NCBI GenBank assembly: GCA_965112155.1
Contig: OZ218103.1
Reading direction: 5' to 3' (one strand)
Length of the DNA: 64,000 nt
Source: Podarcis liolepis
Taxonomy: Eukaryota
The stretch's first letter is position 1. Every line of letters starts with the position of its first letter. The notes under the pieces are model-generated. The model was not told the origin of the DNA. It saw nothing but the letters and a program-made list of their open reading frames with translations, and did no database searches. Of the stretch, positions 41,689 to 55,090 are shown piece after piece. Made by a program: the position numbers and the translations under genes.

Positions 41689-44600
41689 CCCTAGAGGAGC
41701 GCTCCAGAGAAAGATCCTTGGAGCTGTCAGGGAAGATGTAGAGCCACCCCACAGTCCTTGGGCTTGATAGTACCAAAAGGTTGTAGGTCCAGGCCAAAGA
41801 GCGACAACATAGCATGTGACAGTGGGCCCAGAGTTGTTGCACAGATAGTAAGTGATCTACTCATGAGTAAGAAATCACCAAATCACTCTTCTAAGTACCA
41901 GCAGCTGCTGTTAGGGTGTGATCTAGGAAGCCAGTCACACTCTTGAGCCTTCCATGTACTGGAAGTAACACAGGTCTTTGGTGCCTTTTTCTAATTTGAG
42001 TCCCCACTCCTTGCTGTAGACTATGGTATCTTACTTGAAGTCCCTGTGAGGTTGACCTTGCACTGTTGCTTTACCTTGCCTCTGGATTACTGTGCTGCAG
42101 CTACAACCCTGTCCTTGTTGGTGAGTGTTTTGCTTGATAGGCTTATACCTTGTGAAATCTGGCTCCCAGCTCCCGAGGGCACCCACCTGAGTGTGGCAGC
42201 AAGGATAGGAAAAGAAAGACTATTGGAATGACACTGCTGTTTCTGGTGAGGGTGACCCTACCATGTCACAGGTTTCTTGGTTTCGTTTTAAATGTGCTCA
42301 AATATCCCTCCTTACAAGGCAACTGTGAAGCACACAGATAACCACACCTAGCTTCAAAACAACACACTCATACACATTGCTTTGCTCCTGGGTTTAGACT
42401 TCTGCTGTAACACCATAGCTTCAATTTGTGTACTTTGGCTAGACCAAACACTGATTACTCAAACCCAGTCAGTTTGCACCTTCTTTTTGTATTCTGTGCT
42501 TTTTAGTTGTGATGATACTTGGTTCCTTTAAAGTGTTTTTTAAATGTTTGTATTATTTTTATTGTTTTTCTGTTTGCCTCCCTAGCCTTATTGGAGTGGG
42601 GGGAAGGGCTGGATAAAAATCCAAGTACTGTAATAATAATTATATACTGGTATTTACCTTTTCTGACCTAAGAATATACTTTGTTTCATGGCACTCTTTA
42701 CAGTTGTTACTATGATCTGTGTATACTAAGTCTTAAGATACTGCTAGTGTTACACTAGAAATACACTCTGGTCTTCCTCTCGGGAACTCTCTTTAACAGG
42801 AGCACAGGCACCATCTATGTGGGACTATGGAGCCCAGGCACCCACAGATTTTCAATGAAGGGCCTGGGAATCCCTAAAGTTCTACATGGTGGCACTCACA
42901 CACTGTGGGACATATGCACATCATGCTCGCATACACGCCATGGGGCATCCGCACAACATGTCAGCACGCCCCTGCAACATGCGCAAGTAATGTCACCATG
43001 CCGTGGAGTGTGCTGTCATGTGCACACGCTGCAGTGATGTCGGCATGCCCCAGGCCCCCTCTGTCACGGGGACAAGGTGGTGCGCCTGAACAGTAGCTTG
43101 CATTCATGTGGTTCTCAGGCCTTTCCTTCCAAAGCAGTCAATAGGCCCAGGTGGAGGCAGGGAAAACAGTGAGGTATCTTAAGTGGAACTGCCTTGCTCC
43201 ATACGAAGCATCTAGGAAATTCAATGGCATCCTAAACCACTCCATGACTGGTGTTACTGTTTGGAAGGGAAGTAACTTGCAGAGTTTATTTAGCCTTCTT
43301 ATGTAGTAGATTTCATATTTCTTTTTCTTGTGGAATTTTGGACACTCTGTTCCTGGTTCAAGCTTTCCTTTCAAGCATTAGCCAAACGCCCAGGAGTGAA
43401 GCAGCCACATGCCACAAGCGTTAATTCTCAGCTGTGCTGTGTGATGGGAGCTTTACTGATTGCATGTGGCAGGTTTCAGGAGCCTTTTCAGGCTTCTGTC
43501 ACTCTTGGTTTCCAAAAGGGAGCACCAGGTTGCGGCAGTAGCTCCCTGAGCCTGGGAAAGCAGAGGCATATTTACCAGTTAGGTAATTTGGACGGCTAGC
43601 ATAGTCCTTAGCTGTGGGCCTCTTTCCATCACTTTGATAACTCTGCAATACTGCTAATATCACATTATTTCAGTCTGAAGACCCTTGTGCAGGACAGGTA
43701 AAGGTTGATGCCCCTAGAGCACATGTAGAAGGTACAAATGTATGGAACCAAATCCTGATTATTGTCTTGGGCTCCTTCCAAATAGCCCTGGGCTTGTTTG
43801 AAAGTGCAGACCAGCTATTAAGAGATTCCCTCTTTGCAGGACTTCCCAAAATATTTTGCAGCATTCATATGATGCCATTGTCTTCAAAATACCAGTCTGT
43901 ATATTTATAAATTTAATCTGGACTTACCTTTTCAGGGGAAATACAATTGTCCTCTCTCTCTTTAAGTGTATCCAATTGCCCATTTGTGATAGCTCACTGC
44001 CCCCATTTACAATATCAAACCCCCACCTGGAAGCACCCAAGGTGAGCAGTGAGGACAAACTGGAGGTCTCTGGTTGAGTTGACCAAAAACCAGAAGTAGG
44101 AGCTGTACCAGGAGAAGGCCTTGGGTTGCATCAAAGATTCAGACATGAACTTTTGAAACATTGACATTGCTTACTTTCTAAAATTAAACATCCCAGGGCA
44201 CGAGCTGGTATTTAAATGCACACACTGGAAGACCTTTTTGCCCTAATCTGTGGTATGTGGGAGTTGGTTGTGGATTTGGAGTAAGAGAAGGACTCTGCAC
44301 ATGTTTGGAGTCTCTCTTCTCTTTCAGAAAACAACAACAACAACAAAACAACAACCATAGTTGCAATCTCTGTTACTTGTCATAGAGGCACCACTCCTCC
44401 AGCTGAGGGAGGAGGGAGGCATAAGATCAGAGTATGAAAGCGAGAGAGGTGGTTGTGAGTTGACTGAAAGCACCTTGGTGTGCAGGCCTTTGGGCATCCG
44501 ATGTGCAACAGCTGATTTCCTGCCTTGTAATATTGCTGTTTTACATTTGCTTATGCTCCGCTTTGTAAGAAAAACCAATGTTACAAAGACACCTTAAGTC

Positions 44601-45511
44601 CTTCAGTATGTGCATCCAAAGGAAGCTAAACTCAATCGTGCTGCCCCGAAACATTTTACTGTTCAGGAGAGTGGGCAGCATGCAACAGGGGCTTTGGCCA
44701 CTTTCAGCAGGAGCAAAGGGAAAAGGAGACCACATGGGCAAACCACTTACCCTGCACGAGGCAACCATGATGACAAAGCACGCCTAGGGCTAATGCACAT
44801 TTGTTTTCACACACATCTCCGTATTGTAATTAGCAAGGGCAATTGCCCCTTTTCAAAAGCTTGAGTCACATGACGCAGCTTCCACCAGCGGAGAAAAGAA
44901 TTGAGCCCTTTCCAGTTCCAGAGTTCATTCTGTCCCCTCTCTTCCTTTGCCTTTTGCTCCAATTAAGGGTTTGTTTGCCTTTGGAGCATGGCAGGGTACA
45001 CTGAACCAGGAGCAGCTATTACATAAGGATGCTGCGTCTGAAACACATTCAAAGCAAGGCATCACTCCCAATCTGTTCCTGGAGCTCTGCTGTTTTTTCC
45101 TTTTACTGCTGTTTGCCTTTGTAGCTTTCCTCTGATGTTCCAGTACAAAGCAATGTTCTAAATGCCCGCCAGCTCCACTGGGAGAGGGAGAGATGTGACC
45201 AATATTATCCTCCTCCAGCTGACCTCCCCACCACTTGGAATCCACCACCTCCACTGGATTTTGGACACTGGCTCGCCTAATTTAGGAATGTGCAGCAGTT
45301 CCCCCACATCCCACAGAAAGTGGCCACTCTGCCTTCACTTTCTGTTTTTCTTGTCTTGCTCTTGTCAATAGTTGCATAGGGAGAGAGAAAAAAATCTGGG
45401 GTGACCAGTTGAGTATTTCTTTGGAGTCCCAGCTGTGGAAATTGTAAGAATTACAGTCTGTTCTCATCTTTCTTCTGCTGATCCTGTAGCACTTGTCTAG
45501 TGGTCCCTTAT

Positions 45512-45873
45512 GTAGGAAGCTACCTTAAAACTGAGTCTGACCATTGGTCTGTCTAGTTCAGGGGTTGCCAACATGTTTGAGCCTGTGGGCACATTTTCAA
45601 ATTGGTGAAACTGTCATGGGCACTCCACATTCACATAGACTACAACCTAGTCTATTAACTACATTATAATACTTAAAAGCTGAATTTCAGTAGGTGGGGT
45701 GGGTACTCTTTTAGCCTCAGTGAAGGCCTCTGCTGGTACACATGTCTCCACAGGAGTGGCATTGGCAAACCCTGATCTAACTCATTACGACTGCCAGCTG
45801 TATCTGAAGATGCCAAGACTGCCAGCTGGATCTTTTGAGTGCAAACCATGTGCTCTACCACTGAGCCATGACC
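45512..45873 (-). mobile_element. Squam3-like SINE interrupted by a hAT MITE
   Basis: SINE tail part 45512-45558; tRNA-like head (rc of ATGGCTCAGTGGTAGAGCACATGG) at ~45783-45873. Confidence 0.7.
45559..45774. mobile_element. hAT MITE nested in a SINE
   Basis: TIRs CAGGGGTTGCCAA / TTGGCAAACCCTG (12/13); decayed 8-bp TSD GTCTAGTT/ATCTAACT. Confidence 0.75.
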
Positions 45874-47574
45874 TTTCTTGTTCTTAAGTGTTGTAGCATA
45901 AAGTTCTAAAATATTTTCCATTTCACTTTTAACTGCTTTGGATGGCTGCTTGTCACTCCAGGAAGCTGATAAAACAGGTTGTTTGCCATGAGGGTTCATG
46001 ACACAGGAAAGCACTTGCGGTACATTTTCTCCTGTGGCAGCTCCACATGGCAGACACTATTGTGAGAGTGCCGTTTTTCTCTTGTACAGTTCCATTTCAT
46101 TTCCACACTGTTGGTGCAGGAAAACTTCTCAGTGGATAGTACCCTTAGTTTCAACAGGTGTGATCCTATGCTTTAAGCTCCGTTGAAAGCAACAGAACTT
46201 ACTTTTGAGTAGACATACCTTAAGAGTTGGTGTTCTGCTTCTGCTTCAGCTTGACAGAATTTTCTGGAAACTGCAATATAGTGCTATTTCTCAAAACTTA
46301 AAAATTACAAGATTTGGAGAGAACCTTTAGGCTCCCAGCTTTGCTCCTAAAATAAGACAGTTCAGCTCCACTGTCTTTTACTAAGAAAGTGAATAAAGTT
46401 GTCTTATAAGAACATAAAAAGAGCCCGGCTGGATCAGGTCACTTGTTCTCACAGTGACCAACCAGATGCCTATGGAAAGCTCACAGGCAGAAGCTGAGTG
46501 GAAAAGCATTCTCCCACACCAGCAACAATAATTCAGAATCTGTTCTCTTTAGGTTAGAGCGAAAAACATGTCTTACTGGAGGCCTCTCTTTCATAAATGC
46601 ATCTCTGCCATTTGCTCTGAAAAAAGCAGCTATTAAAGGACAACAGGCTCCTGAGTTTCAACAAAGCTTTCCATTAGCATACTGGAAGCAGTCTTCCCTC
46701 CCATACAGAGGCTCATGTGCCAATGGATTTGTCCTTTGGAATCCCCCTTCAATAGTTGCTGACCACTGTCAAGAGTCACAACCGTAGCCTATTTCAGAAT
46801 CTAGGCTATGGTTAATAAACCTAATGGCAGAAACACTGCTTTGTTGTCCTAGCTTCCCCTTAAGAAATAATGCTTTGTGAGCTTTTGTCCACCAAGAGAT
46901 TGCATCCATATTTCTAAAATAATGTGGTTTTCCTTAAGCAATAAAATCCTTATAATGTGGGGCGGGGAAAAGGCTAATAGTCCCAAATGTGTATGTTTCT
47001 CACCATCTTGGCATAAGGAAGTCCTAAGCAGAAGTACACTAGGTGGCACCCTCCTCCATGTCTTGAGGCATGACACCACCAAGAACAGAGATCTGAAGGT
47101 TTGACTGAAAATCTTCAGACCCCAGCATCTAACTAGGAGAGCAGTTGCATATAACAGGCAACAATGAGACAAACATACAGTGAATTGTTAATTTGTAAAG
47201 AGTAGAATGGCTACAATAATGTCAATATTGAAACCATGCTGCCCCCCACCCCAATTTGATTTAATACTGTGACCTTTGCCTGATAGGTTTGAAAAGTTTT
47301 AGGGCCTTGCCTAGACATATAGTTTGATACAATTATGTAAAATAATTGGATATTTACATGATTGAGATGTCTCCTTCATGTTGCAGTGTTTGATAAAACT
47401 ATAATTATTTTAGAAAATAATAATAATTTTCAGGTTATGCATTTTTAATAATGACATTATGGGAATAATCTGACATTGTTACCTGGATGGGGGCAGAAGC
47501 AAAGAGTCTTGGTGTCAGTACCTAGGATGGTATGAGCATGCCACCACCAGAGGTGACACTGCTTGCTGCACTCC

Positions 47575-47629
47575 CTTCTTCTTCTTCTTCTTCTTCTTCT
47601 TCTTCTTCTTCTTCTTCTTCTTCTTCTTC
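47575..47629. repeat. (CTT)~18 microsatellite
   Basis: Direct reading. Confidence 0.97.
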
Positions 47630-47949
47630 CACTATAGTCATGGATCTGGCGGCTGGGTATGTACACAGTTACAAATACTCATTTTACCATTTAAAAGATA
47701 TATTATCCTTTTCTGTAACACAATAGTGCTTATTCCTAAGTAAATGTGTTTTTAGTATCAGTCCAACTGGCAGATACAAACTCCATTTTATTTCTATAGT
47801 AATGATAGCACTATGAGTTAAGTTAGTTTAAACTTATGCTTAGAGTGTTTACTTTTAATTGGGTCTGGCAAAGTGTAACTCTTAAGAGTAGTAGCATCCA
47901 ATAGAATATAAAGAACACATGATATATCGGACAATAAAAGCGTCCCAAT

Positions 47950-48175
47950 ACAGGACTGCCTTCAGGTGTCTATGGAAGGTTGTATAATTGTTTATCTCTG
48001 ACATCTGACTGGAGAGTGTTCCACTGGATGGGTGCCACTACCAAGAAGGCCCTCTCTCTGGTTCCCTGTAACTTCACTTCTCACAATGAGGGAACCGGAG
48101 CTGGACCTAAATGAAGGGAGTGGAGATGCTCCAGGTATACAGGGCTGAAGCTGTTTAGGGCTTTAAATGTCAGGG
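47950..48175 (-). mobile_element. Old L2-type LINE fragment
   Basis: GTGTTCCAC..GGTGCCACTACCAAGAAGGCCCTC and GTTTAGGGCTTTAAATGTCAG resemble the antisense of squamate L2 3' ORF2; similar fragments at ~54100-54210 and ~59900-59990. Recall-based. Confidence 0.55.
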
Positions 48176-48414
48176 AATAGAGAAGAGGTATGTTAATTGT
48201 GTGCTTCACAACTGAAGTAACAGAGATGGTGGTCTAAAGACCATTAAGTCCTAGCTGCAACAGTGTGAGCTAATGCCTTGAATTGGATTCAGTAGTGGAC
48301 CGGGAGCCCATATAGATAAGGTGTGTTTCATATGCCTTTTCTCAGCTAGTAAACTTATTACTGTATTTTGTACTCATTCTGGTTTCTTAAAATCTTCAAG
48401 GACGACCTCAGAGG

Positions 48415-48590
48415 CAGGCCATAGCGCAGTGGTAGAGCGCATGTTTTGCATGCAAAAGGTCCCAGGTTCAACCCCCAACATCTTTAGGTAGTGCTGAGAA
48501 TGTTCCTTATTTGAAACTCTGGAGAGCAGTCACTAGTCAATGTCAACAATACTGACACTAATGCACTGATTCTGTGCACGGCAGCTTCCA
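48415..48590 (+). mobile_element. tRNA(Ala-like)-derived SINE (Squam3-like)
   Basis: Box A TAGCGCAGTGG, TGC anticodon-like arm, box B GGTTCAACCC, then SINE body ending GGCAGCTTCC. Confidence 0.75.
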
Positions 48591-48816
48591 CCCCTAAACA
48601 AGAGTACTGGCCCACCACATGCACAGCTACCAATTACCGTAGCTTGCTTTTGGCAGTCTCAGGAGGACCCCCATGCTTACAAAAGTACAATAGCATTTCA
48701 GAAGAAAATTTACAGAGGGACACACCCCTTCCCAAAGAAACCCACTACATAGTTCTCAGCATACTCAGTAGGCAAGGACTTCTGGCTGACTATTGAAGGT
48801 AAGGTAGAATGGGAAA

Positions 48817-49563
48817 TTGAGAAAAGAATTGGAAAAGAAGGACAGAACTTTTTTTCTGTATGCGACAACAGCAGCAAGAATACTCATCGCAAAGTACTGG
48901 AAGACACAAGATTTACCCACCCTGGAAGAATGGCAGATGCAACTGATAGAATACATGGAATTGGCAGAAATGACTGGCAGAATTCGAGACCTGGGAGAAG
49001 AGTCAGTGGAAGAGGACTGGAAGAAGTTTAAAGACTATTTGCAAAAACATTGTAAAATATCAGAGTGTTAAAATGTTAAAATGTTGGAATGTTAAAATGA
49101 TGCAAGATATTAAGACAATGTGGCATCAGTGATATAGGTAAAAGCAGTAGGTAACAAAAGTTTCAAAAGACAAGGGTGAATTTTTTTTTTTAGATTACAT
49201 TGTGTCAAATATAAACAAAAGGATATAAAAGGAAGAATTGGAGACACATTGGGTTGAAATCTATAATATAGATCAAGATTTGAAAGAGGGTAAGATATTT
49301 GCTGAATCTGGTTGTGTAAAAAGGAATACAAAAAGGGAGATGTGAGGAAGTCAGGAAGAAGGGTTATGAAAATAACAAGTAAAAAATTGGATTTTTATGT
49401 CTTTTTTATGCTCTTTTCTTTTTTCACCTTTTTTCTTATCTTTTTTAGGTTTTTCTTTTTTCTTTTTTAATGTATTTCAATGTATTTTTCTGTTTTATTC
49501 TGTGTGTGAAGGTTTTTTTTACTGTTTAAAACTTCAATAAATATATTTATATATATAAAAAAA
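48817..49563 (+). mobile_element. 5'-truncated L1-clade LINE: ORF2 C-terminus, 3'UTR and A-rich tail
   Basis: Peptide AARILIAKYWK..LPTLEEW...W..F..YL typical of non-mammalian L1 ORF2 end; stop at 49071; T-rich UTR; AATAAA at 49536-49541 then A-rich tail. Confidence 0.85.
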
Positions 49564-51586
49564 CAACGCTCCACATTTCATAGCACAGGTCTCTCTTGTA
49601 CTGTCTGCTAGTCATTCTTGAGCGTTACTAGCTAACAGTCTGTGAGTAGAGAAAATAGCCCCTGCTGGTGTTAAACTTCATATAAAGGTTTCTGTTTCCT
49701 TTTGTAAGCACAGCCAAAGGTGCTCTGCAGCTGGCAGCTCCTTGCCTGCTAACCTGGAGGATCAAAGGTCCAGGCTTTTGGGGCCCTGTGCCTGACACCA
49801 AAAACTCTCTTCTAGACCCAAACTATGCTTCTGTTCTTTGCTAATCCAAGCACTAGGATGTGGAGCTAAGCAAAACACCAAAGCGTTCCAAAATACAGAT
49901 GTTGAAAAGCAACAGCATTTGGTCTGGTTGCTGCTGCTGCTTTCCTCCAGGAGCACTCAAAATACTGGACTTCTGTTCCTTGATGTTTGAGCAGTTTAAA
50001 TTAGACCCCAAGGAGGAGTGGGTGGGAGAGGATAACGCTATTCCTGCAAAGACGATGACTGCATTAAACATCAATTTCCTTGTATTTTTCTTTCACTTGG
50101 ATCCAAGTGGATCTGGCATGCTTAAAAAAAAGTTCAGACATCCTTCAGTAATTTCAGCTCTTTGAAACTGGCCAAAGTTTCAAAAAGCTTGTCACTGGGC
50201 CTCTGCCTGCTTCCTGGAGGGCCTCCACCTCTCCTCAACTCTCGCTGCCAAGCCCTTGCATTTTTCACAGCAGGACCAAAAACCTCAAGATATTCACAAG
50301 TGGGCTCCTCCCCCATCCCTGGCATATTGATATTCATTTGGAAGCTGTAATTAATTAGGCTCTGTTGCCCTTTCACCCCTCTAAGCCCCTGGTGCTGCTT
50401 TGGCCCTGCTGTTTGAAACTCTGCAATGTCAGCACATTCCAGCAAAAGCTGTTTTGAGTGAGGGCCTCTGGAAAAAGGGAAACCCCATTAAATTCCAGCA
50501 CTTGTATATTCCTTGAGGGCCTTGGTCTGAAACACCTTTCAAAAGTTGCCCAGTGTATTAATTTAGGAAAAGAGAGGGACGTTAAATCTAGCCTCCTTTC
50601 ATTCTCCCTCTTCTGCCTACTGCTGGCTGCACACTTTAACTCCAAAGTTTGTTTTTCATATAAGTTACTGGTTTTAGAGGAAATGTGCAGTGATGGAAAT
50701 GACTTCTGTTTCATGATTTAGACATTTTTCTTTTAGATAAAGATACTGTATAACTATTAAAAACTATAAAACTTCAAAATAAAAAGAGTAATGATTTCAG
50801 AAACCAAATACAGTATGCAAAATTGCCTCCAACCAAATAAAGCATATCTCTAAGATTCATACATGGACTGTGACACCGATTTCAACAATGACTAATACTG
50901 GTGCAATTTTTCCTCTCCCAGTGCCTTGTATAAAGCTAGTGGGGGGAAATTTGTGCCAGACAGTTTAGAGGATTGGACTACCCATATACAGTATGTTAAA
51001 ATTAAAAAGAGTTAGAACTTTCTGCTTGGAATAAACCTCAATTATTAATAACTCCATTAGCACCTGACTGAATATGAGGCAGTTTATGAAGACTATGTAC
51101 ACCAGAAGCAAAGGCACATATACAGTTGAAGCATATGTATTTAACTGGGTATACATAAAAAAATGTTGACTGGATCTTCCAGACCTTTCAGCAAGTTTGA
51201 TTTAGGCTTTGAGTGGATATGAAATAGCAAAATTTACTGTGTTTGTCAAAGCGAAACAAATGCTATTAGACTGCTCAGGAAATACTTTGGGGTTGCTTTG
51301 GTTTGGCAGCGCAAATTGGTGTAAGATTTCAATCTAGGATGGGCTGGGTTTATATTTCTTTTTCCACAGCTCTGTGTCAGCTCTCTGGCTGTGCCAGAAC
51401 CCAGAGTAACCATACAAATACTTGCATATCCTGCTCTCAGTTTACAGGTACATTTAGTTGGAACTCAATTGCTAAGGAAGTACTTTCTTCTGGGAGGGCC
51501 ATTTGGCAGAAGGATCAGACGTTCTGTCTAGGAACATATGGCTATATGTATATGACCCATGCACACTTTCGCACAAGTGGATTCTT

Positions 51587-51588
<2 letters not shown>

Positions 51589-51663
<75 letters not shown>
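51589..51663. repeat. Compound (TC)~21(AC)~16 microsatellite
   Basis: Direct reading. Confidence 0.97.
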
Positions 51664-51666
<3 letters not shown>

Positions 51667-53530
51667 CAAACATATCACTTTCACAAATGTCATTTACAGC
51701 ACACACACCAAAAATCCTGGTAACTACGGTAGTTTATTAAGGGTGCTGTGATGTGTAGGTATGTCAAGTGTGTGTTGCAATTTTTACTGGGGTTCAATGT
51801 GCATCAGGAAAGGGTTAAATGCTCTGTTTCCCCTCTGTGCTTTTGTAATGTTAGTCCCCTCCCCACTGTTTGTTTTTTTAAAAACAAAACAAAAAACAAA
51901 ACAAAACAAAAAACAAAACATAAAGGCAATGCTATTTAATAGGGAAGATTTGAAGCAATAGAGCTGAATCCTAGAGAGGCAGATCTCTAGTGGTGGTAAC
52001 TGGCCAGAATAAACCACCTACACCTGGGGGAAATTGCTCATCAATTTCATTTAGTTTAAAAAGCTGGATTGTTTCAGCTCTAGAAAGAAAACTGAAGAAG
52101 GAAAACACAAGAGGGGGTATTTTGTGGATGATGTTGTGGATCTGCCCTCTAAAAAGTAAGTAAGCAAAGTGTGACTCTTTTGGTGTGGAAGCAGCCACAG
52201 ACAATGGCTGAGAAATTGATTTACTCTTGATAGAGCCCTAAAACACTAGCTCTCTTGAGGACAGTGTGGCAGCTCTGGGCGAAAAGGGAAATACAGCAAG
52301 CTACCTCAATGCTATCCTGTTACTATTGCCTGATTTTTCCCTGCTGCAGACCACAAAGGTCCTAAGCAGTGTTCCCCCTCCAAAAAAATATGTTTAGGGG
52401 TACTCTCATTTTGACAAAAGAAATCACCATTTTATAGTTGAAATTGGGGAAAATAAAGACAACTTTGGGCAATCCTCCCCCCCAAAAGCTGAAAAACTCT
52501 GGGCCATCACCCATTTTACTAAATTTGAGGGCCCCCCCCAAATAGGGGGTGTCTTATACACTGGGATGTGTTATACACAGAAAATATGGTAAGTTTAATA
52601 ATATAATAATTATTATTAATTAATACATGGCTTCCCCCAAAGACTCCTGGGAACTGTAGTTTACTCACAGAGCAGCAATTTCCAACACCCCCTTGCTCCT
52701 CTATTATCCAGTGATAGTAGAAACCAGGAAAAACCTGGTCTTTCTTGTGTGCTTACTTAATATTCTTTCTTATAGCTGCTCTCAAAAATATTTTGAAGTT
52801 GGAGAAAACCTTGATATCATGCACAAACAAGCTATTGAAATGTTTTTACCCAACTGTATTTGTAAAGATTATCAAAGGACCAAATAGTAGTGTTAGGATT
52901 GACGCTTGCAAAAGGACTCAACAGGAATATTACAGCCCTTAAAAACTGGCCCCCAGTTTCCTTGATTATGTTTGAGGCCTACAAGGCCTGCATTTGGACT
53001 AGTGTTTGCTTGTGTTGGAGGTAGGCTGTTAGTCTTCAGCCTGGAAGTAATATCAGCTGCTTTATCTGAGCTTGATGAGCCCCACCTGTGTTTTTAACCC
53101 TATGCTAGTTTGTTGTAGGGTCATCATGTCTGCCCAGTTTTCTCTCCCATACATATGATTCAGACTCCCAGTAAAAGTGACTGAGTGATATATTGGCCAA
53201 GTTAAGAGTATAACCATGTCAGTGAAGACAAAGTCAGACTATGCTTGATTCCCTGTCTGTGAGAGCGAAGGTGGTTATTATTTTTTTATGTTGACAGAAG
53301 AATGGGGAAAGGTTCAGCCAATCTTTTGGATTTTTTGCTGGCTTGTTGGCATGATGAGTTACTGACTTAGTTTGGAAGATGGACCCCATTGTTTTTGGAG
53401 ATATATCTCATAATCAGTGTTAATTCAGAGGCGGCAGCGTTTATTCAGTATTTAGTTTTGTTTTTAAATCATGCCCTGCCCTTCAAAAGAACCCCCAGTA
53501 ATGCTAGTTTATAATGTTCAGTTAAAATAA

Positions 53531-54027
53531 TGTTGCACACCATTCCAATCTCAGAGCAGTACGAGATTCCAGGGAATAGGAATGAGAGACAGTGGAGACT
53601 ATGGTATCTTTATGATATAAAATTTATTTACACGTATATATAACTGGAGCCTACAGTGGAGAGCCTCACAGCATTAACACCCCAAGAAGGTCTTGCTTCT
53701 CCCATAGCCACAGCCTTGGATCCCAGCAGAAATCAGGCAGGGCTCTGTCTCTCAGCTGTCCAGTCTTTCCTTCTAGCTCACACACCTCAACTCTGATCTT
53801 TTGTCTTTCTAACTGACAGCAAGTTGAAGTGGGGGCTCACTCATTTGTCCTCAGGCCCAGAGCCATTTCATCTGTTACCTTAACTACCCATACTTCGGCT
53901 ATTACTTCACCAGGAAGATGACCTGACCGTTCCTGATATTTACGTAATCCTTGTTGGATCCAGGAATTAGAATATACAGGCTAACTCCCCTAAAGGTATA
54001 CAACCTAACTCCCCTAAACTCACAACA
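53531..54027 (-). mobile_element. Probable solo LTR (ERV/LTR retrotransposon)
   Basis: TGTTG...CAACA inverted ends, 497 bp; minus-strand AATAAA (TTTATT ~53623); duplicated CTAACTCCCCTAAA near the U3-side end; TSD imperfect (ATAA/ATTA). Confidence 0.6.
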
Positions 54028-55009
54028 ATTACATTAAAGTACTAAAAACACAACAATAAAAAATGAAACTGCAGACAATGCAGATTCAGAGCCGAAAGAT
54101 TTTTAAGAAGCCTGGAGGAAGGGGGGAAGTATTCACCTGGTGCAGAAAAGATAACCAAGTAGGCGCCAAGCAAGCTTCCCTAGGGAGAGAACTTTCCATC
54201 TGCAGGCACCATTGGGTAGATGTTGTGCCAAAATAGGGAGGTTAGGATCAGATAGCTAAGAGCTTTTTCTTCTTCTAGGCTGTCTCCCAACCTTCTGCTC
54301 CTGTTGAATGCCAAGTCTAGTTCTTACCAAAACAAAAACAAAAAATCCAACCCCCAAAACTACGAACACCTGTGATTTAATTATGGATTAAAAGACTGAT
54401 TTCTTGTTTTACATACACCCATCGCTATGGGAAGCATAGGACGTGTTTGTAATATTTAATCTTTCTAGGTGGCTATGAGGTTTTGTGATTGATTTTTATT
54501 GCATGTTAATGTTTTGTTGCTCTCTTCCGTTGTGTGTCGTGAGCTGCTTGGGGGGGGGGCATAAAAAAACCCCCTGGATGTGAAATGTCAAGGAACAGTG
54601 AGATATGGCTACCTGATAGAGGGAAGGCACTCTGCTTGTGCTTCCAGACATACTTTCCTGATGGTTGCATGTTTAGAAGCTGAACTCTGACATTTTGAAC
54701 ATGTTCTGCTGGAGCTGAGACTGGCTGATATTAACATCTGGAAATATAAATTAAAATGAGATAGCCATCTCTACAGAATAAGTTAAATGCCTTTTATTGG
54801 GACCAACCAATGTTTGCAAAGCACTATATAAGCTTCTAGGTAATACAGAACTCTTCCTCGGACTGGATGACCAAGCAGGATTTTTGAAGAGCAAAACTGC
54901 ATATTTTAAATGTTGGCTGGCTTAGTAGAATAAAATTCCCAGACACAATAACATAACATGTAAAAACCAATCAATTTTCACAAGCCAGCATGTGATACAG
55001 TAACTACTA

Positions 55010-55090
55010 GTTACAGATAGGTAGCCATGTTGGTCTGCCATAGTCAAAATAAAAAAAATCCTTCCAGTAGCACCTTAAAGACCAACTGGA
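55010..55090. mobile_element. Penelope-like element terminal fragment
   Basis: GGTAGCCATGTTGGTCTG...CAGTAGCACCTTAAAGACCAAC resembles the widespread reptile Penelope end; more decayed pieces at ~54790-54870 and ~55415-55447. Recall-based. Confidence 0.5.

Noticed and set aside
47457-47726. Poly-Arg and poly-Ser ORFs
   Set aside because: Translations of the (CTT)n microsatellite.
48415-48485. tRNA-Ala gene
   Set aside because: Acceptor stem does not pair properly and the sequence continues into a SINE body with other copies in the window.
48660-48803. Possible exon ending in a strong donor GAAG|gtaagg
   Set aside because: All three frames contain stops; no partner exons.
51303-51751. ORFs with SLSLSL/HTHTHT runs
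   Set aside because: Microsatellite translations.
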